This document shows positions 59,584 to 64,000 of a stretch of DNA of 64,000 nucleotides, in pieces. Made by a program: the position numbers and the translations under genes. Source of the DNA: Eledone cirrhosa. Taxonomy: Eukaryota. The notes below the pieces were generated by a model. It did no database searches and was not told the DNA's origin. It saw only the letters and a list, made by a program, of their open reading frames with translations. Positions within the stretch are counted from its first letter, which is position 1, and each line of letters begins with the position of its first letter. Location: assembly GCA_964016885.1 (NCBI GenBank), contig OZ024741.1, forward strand, positions 400,706,001 through 400,770,000, given 5' to 3'.

Positions 59584-60520
59584 CAGTTTTAGGGTGCAGG
59601 ATATGACCAGCCATTGAAGTTGACTGTTTTAGTGTGAAAGATATGACAAGCTATTGAACTTGACAGTTTTAAGGTGCAAGCTTTGACCAGGTATTGAAAT
59701 TGACCGTTTTAGGGTGCAAGATATGACCAGCTATTGAAGTTGACAGTTTTAGGGTGCAAAATATGACAAGCTATTACAGTTTACAGTTTTAGGTTGAAAG
59801 ATATGACCAGCTATTGAAGTTGACAGTTTTAGGCTGCAAGATATGACCAGCTATTGAAGTTGACAGTTTTAGGGTGCAAAATATGACAAGCTATTACAGT
59901 TTACAGTTTTAGGGTGAAAGATATGACCAGCTATTGAAGTTGACAGTTTTAAGATGCAAGATATTACCAGGTATTTAAGTTGACCGTTTTAGAGTGCAAG
60001 ATATGACCAGCTATTGAAGTTGACCGTTTTAGGGTGCAACATGTGACCAGCTATTGAAGTTGACAGTTTTAGGGTGCAAGATATGACCAGCTATTGAAGT
60101 TGACTGTTTTAGTGTGAGAGATATGACCAGCTACTGAACTTGACAGTTTTAAGGTGCAAGATATGACCAGGTATTGAAGTTGACCGTTTTAGGGTGCAAG
60201 ATATGACCAGCTATTGAAATTGCTAGTTTTAGGTTGCAAGATATGACCAGCTATTGAAGTTGACAGTTTTAGGGTGCAAGATATGACTAGCTATTGAAGT
60301 TGACACTTTAAGGGAGAAAGATATGACCAGCTATTACAGTTGACAGTTTTATCGTGAAAGATATGACCAGCTATTGAAATTGACAGTTTTAGGGTGCAAG
60401 ATATGACCAGCTATTGAAGTTGCCAGTTTTAGGGTGCAAAATATGACAAGCTGTTACATTTGACAGTTTTAGGGTGAAAGATATGACCAGCTATTGAAGT
60501 TGACAATTTTAGGGTGCAAG

Positions 60521-60920
60521 ATATGACCAGCTCTTGAAGTTGACAGTTTTAGGGTGCAAAATATGACAAGCTATTGATGTTGACAGTTTTAGGGTGAAAG
60601 ATATGACCAGCTATTTCAGTTGACAGTTTTAGGGTGAAAGATATGACCAGCTATTGAAGTTCACAGTTTTAGTGTGAAAAATATGACCAGCTATTGACGT
60701 TGACAGTTTTAGGGTGCAAGATATGACCAGCTCTTGAAGTTGACAGTTTTAGGGTGCAAAATATGACAAGCTATTGATGTTGACAGTTTTAGGGTGAAAG
60801 ATATGACCAGCTATTTCAGTTGACAGTTTTAGGGTGAAAGATATGACCAGCTATTGAAGTTCACAGTTTTAGTGTGAAAAATATGACCAGCTATTGACGT
60901 TGACAGTTTTAGGGTGCAAG
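60521..60920 (+). repeat. Local tandem duplication of 200 bp (5 monomers)
   Basis: CTCTTGAAG 60531/60731 and CTATTTCAG 60611/60811, both +200. Confidence 0.88.
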
Positions 60921-62580
60921 ATATGACCAGCTATTGAAGTTGACAGTTTTAGTGTGAAAGATATGACCGGCTATTGAAGTTGATAGTTTTAGGGTGCAAG
61001 ATATGACGAGCAATTGAAGTTGAAAATTTTAGGGTGCAAGATATTACCAGCTATTGAAGTTGACAGTTTTAGTGTGAAAAATATGACCAGCTATTGACGT
61101 TCACAGTTTTAGGTTGCAAGATATGACGAGCTATTGAAGTTGAAAGTTTTAGGATGCAAGATATGACCAGCTATTGAAGTTGACAGTTTTAAGGTGAAAA
61201 ATATGACCAGCCATTACAGTTGACAGTTTTAGGGTGAAAGATATGACCAGCTATTGAAGTTGACAGTTTTAGGGTGCAAGATGTGACCAGCTATTGAAGT
61301 TGACAGTTTTATGGTGCAAGTTATGACCAGCTATTGAAGTTGACTATTTTAGTGTGAAAGATATGACCAGCTATTGAAGTTGACAGTTTTAAGGTGCAAG
61401 ATATGACCAGGTATTGAAGTTGACAGTTTTAGGGTGCAGGATATGACCAGCCATTGAAGTTGACTGTTTTAGTGTGAAAGATATGACAAGCTATTGAACT
61501 TGACAGTTTTAAGGTGCAAGCTTTGACCAGGTATTGAAATTGACCGTTTTAGGGTGCAAGATGTGACCAGCTATTTAAGTTGACAGTTTTAGGGTGCAAA
61601 ATATGACCAGCTATTGAATTTGACACTTTTAGGATGAAAGATATGACCAGCTATTACAGTTGACAGTTTTAGGTTGAAAGATATGACCAGCTATTGAAGT
61701 TGACAGTTTTAGGCTGCAAGATATGACCAGCTATTGAAGTTGACAGTTTTAGGGTGCAAAATATGACAAGCTATTACAATTTACAGTTTTAGGGTGAAAG
61801 ATATGACCAGCTATTGAAGTTGACAATTTTAAGATGCAAGATATTACCAGGTATTTAAGTTGACCGTTTTAGAGTGCAAGATATGACCAGCTATTGAAGT
61901 TGACCGTTTTAGGGTGCAACATGTGACCAGCTATTGAAGTTGACAGTTTTAGGGTGCAAGATATGACCAGCTTTTGAAGTTGACTATTTTAGTGTGAAAG
62001 ATATGACCAGCTAGTGAACTTGACAGTTTTAAGGTGCAAGATATGACCAGGTATTGAAGTTGACAGTTTTAGTGTGAGAGATATGAACAGCTACTGAACT
62101 TGACAGTTTTAAGGTGCAAGATATGACCAGGTATTGAAGTTGACCGTTTTAGGGTGAAAGATATGACCAGCTATTACAGTTGACAGTTTTATTGTGAAAG
62201 ATATGACCAGCTATTGAAATTGACAGTTTTAGGGTGCAGGATATGACCAGCTATTGAAGTTGACAATTTTAGGGTGCAAGATATGACCAGCTCTTGAAGT
62301 TGACAGTTTTAGGGTGCAAAATATGACAAGCTATTGATGTTGACAGTTTTAGGGTGAACGATATGACCAGCTATTTCAGTTGACAATTTTAGGGTGAAAG
62401 ATATGACCAGCTATTGAAGTTCACAGTTTTAGTCTGAAAAATATGACCTGCTATTGACGTTGACAGTTTTAGTGTGAAAGATATGACCGGCTATTGAAGT
62501 TGATAGTTTTAGGGTGCAAGATATGACGAGCTATTGAAGTTGAAAGTTTTAGGGTGCAAGATATGACCAGCTATTGAAGT

Positions 62581-62610
62581 TTACACTTTTAGGGTTTACA
62601 CTTTTAGGGT
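62581..62610 (+). other. 15-bp direct duplication (TTACACTTTTAGGGT x2) replacing 12 bp of a monomer
   Basis: The sequence reads ttacacttttagggt-ttacacttttagggt-caactattac. The intact counterpart at 63344-63380 reads ttacacttttagggt-gaaatatatgac-cagctattac. The array phase shifts by +3 (TGAAG at 62575, then 62658). Confidence 0.9.
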
Positions 62611-64000
62611 CAACTATTACAGTTGACATTTTTATTGTGAAAGATATTACCAACAATTGAAGTTAACAGGTTTAGGGTGCAAGATATGACCAGCTATTTA
62701 AGTTGACAGTTTTAGGGTGCAAGATATGACCAGCTATTGAAGTTGACAGTTTTAGGGTGCAAGATATGACTAGCTATTGAAGTTGACACTTTAACGGAGA
62801 AAGATATGACCAGCTATTACAGTTGACAGTTTTATCGTGAAAGATATGACCAACTATTGAAATTGACAGTTTTAGGGTGCAAGATATGACCAGCTATTGA
62901 AGTTGCCAGTTTTAGGGTGCAAAATATGACAAGCTGTTACAGTTGACAGTTTAAGGGTGAAAGATATGACCAGCTATTGAAGTTGACAATTTTAGGGTGC
63001 AAGATATGACCAGCTCTTGAAGTTGGCAGTTTTAGGGTGCAAAATATGACAAGCTATTGATGTTGACAGGTTTAGGGTGAAAGATATGACCAGCTATTTC
63101 AGTTGACAGTTTTAGGGTGAAAGATATGACCAGCTATTGAAGTTCACAGTTTTAGTGTGAAAAATATGACCAGCTATTGACGTTGAAAGTTTTAGGGTGC
63201 AAGATATGACCAGCTATTGAAGTTGACAGTTTTAGTGTGAAAGATATGACCGGCTATTGAAGTTGATAGTTTTAGGGTGCAAGATATGACGAGCTATTGA
63301 AGTTGAAAATGTTAGGGTGCAAGATATGACCAGCTATTGAAGTTTACACTTTTAGGGTGAAATATATGACCAGCTATTACAGTTGACATTTTTATTGTGA
63401 AAGATATGACCAGCTATTGAAGTTGACAGTTTTAGGGTGCAAGATATGACCAGCTATTGAAGTTGACAGTTTTAGGGTGCAAAATATGACAAGCTATTAC
63501 AGTTGACAGTTTTAGGGTGAAAGATATGACCAGCTATTGAAATTCACAGTTTTAGGGTGAAAGATATGACAAACTATTGAAGTTGACAGTTTTAGTGTGA
63601 AAAATATGACCAGCTATTGACGTTCACAGTTTTAGGTTGCAATATATGACGAGCTATTGAAGTTGAAAGTTTTAGGATGCAAGATATGACCAGTTATTGA
63701 AGTTGACAGTTTTAAGGTGAAAAATATGACCAGCCATTACAGTTGACAGTTTTAGGGTGAAAGATATGACCAGCTATTGAAGTTGACAGTTTTAGGGTGC
63801 AAGATGTGACCAGCTATTGAAGTTGACAGTTTTATGGTGCAAGATATGACCAGCTATTGAAGTTGACTATTTTAGTGTGAAAGATATGACCAGCTATTGA
63901 AGTTGACAGTTTTAAGGTGCAAGATATGACCAGGTATTGAAGTTGACAGTTTTAGGGTGCAGGATATGACCATCCGTTGAAGTTGACTGTTTTAGTGTGA

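Larger units (their letters stand above)
1..64000 (+). repeat. 40-bp tandem satellite DNA array, ~1,600 monomers, consensus TGAAGTTGACAGTTTTAGGGTGCAAGATATGACCAGCTAT
   Basis: The 40-bp period is visible throughout (perfect consensus copies at e.g. 1001-1040 and 6711-6750). Most monomers differ from consensus by 0-4 substitutions, with rare 1-3 bp indels. No unique sequence or inversion was seen. Confidence 0.99.

Noticed and set aside
5676-63990. WRKY W-box (TTGACC/TTGACT) cluster in variant monomers
   Set aside because: These are 6-bp motifs one substitution from the consensus TTGACA. The host is unknown and nothing indicates function.
1-64000. CRISPR array
   Set aside because: The 40-bp units abut directly. 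There are no unique spacers, leader or cas genes, and the variable positions are only point variants.
1-64000. Repetitive protein-coding ORF on either strand
   Set aside because: 40 is not a multiple of 3, so any frame cycles through all triplets every 120 bp. The + strand has TGA and TAG stops and the - strand has TAG and TAA stops. The ATG in each monomer opens only a tiny ORF.
1-64000. True telomere tract or G-quadruplex array
   Set aside because: TTTTAGGG is never tandem. G-tracts are 40 bp apart and often mutated, too far apart for canonical G4.
1-64000. Hidden transposon, RNA gene or inverted segment
   Set aside because: Reading through the window I found no non-monomer sequence and no reverse-complement monomer (…CCCTAAAACTGTCAAC…).

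Overview
The whole 64-kb window is one uninterrupted head-to-tail satellite DNA array of about 1,600 copies of a 40-bp monomer. The consensus is TGAAGTTGACAGTTTTAGGGTGCAAGATATGACCAGCTAT (40% GC, no CpG, one TTTTAGGG telomere-like motif per unit). All copies I read are in the same orientation and the array runs off both window edges. I found no genes, RNA genes, transposons or CRISPR spacers. The informative signal is in the variants: a recurrent ordered cassette of variant monomers, nested duplications (offsets 200, 440, 680, 1360, 2639, ~3958, ~4000-4320, 5157 and 8316/8356 bp), regional variant domains, an inherited 39-bp monomer, and one templated insertion/deletion scar at ~62.6 kb. It looks like eukaryotic centromeric, pericentromeric or subtelomeric heterochromatin (inference). 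I do not recognise the family or organism. Offsets were read by hand from diagnostic variants, and block boundaries are approximate to within a few monomers.
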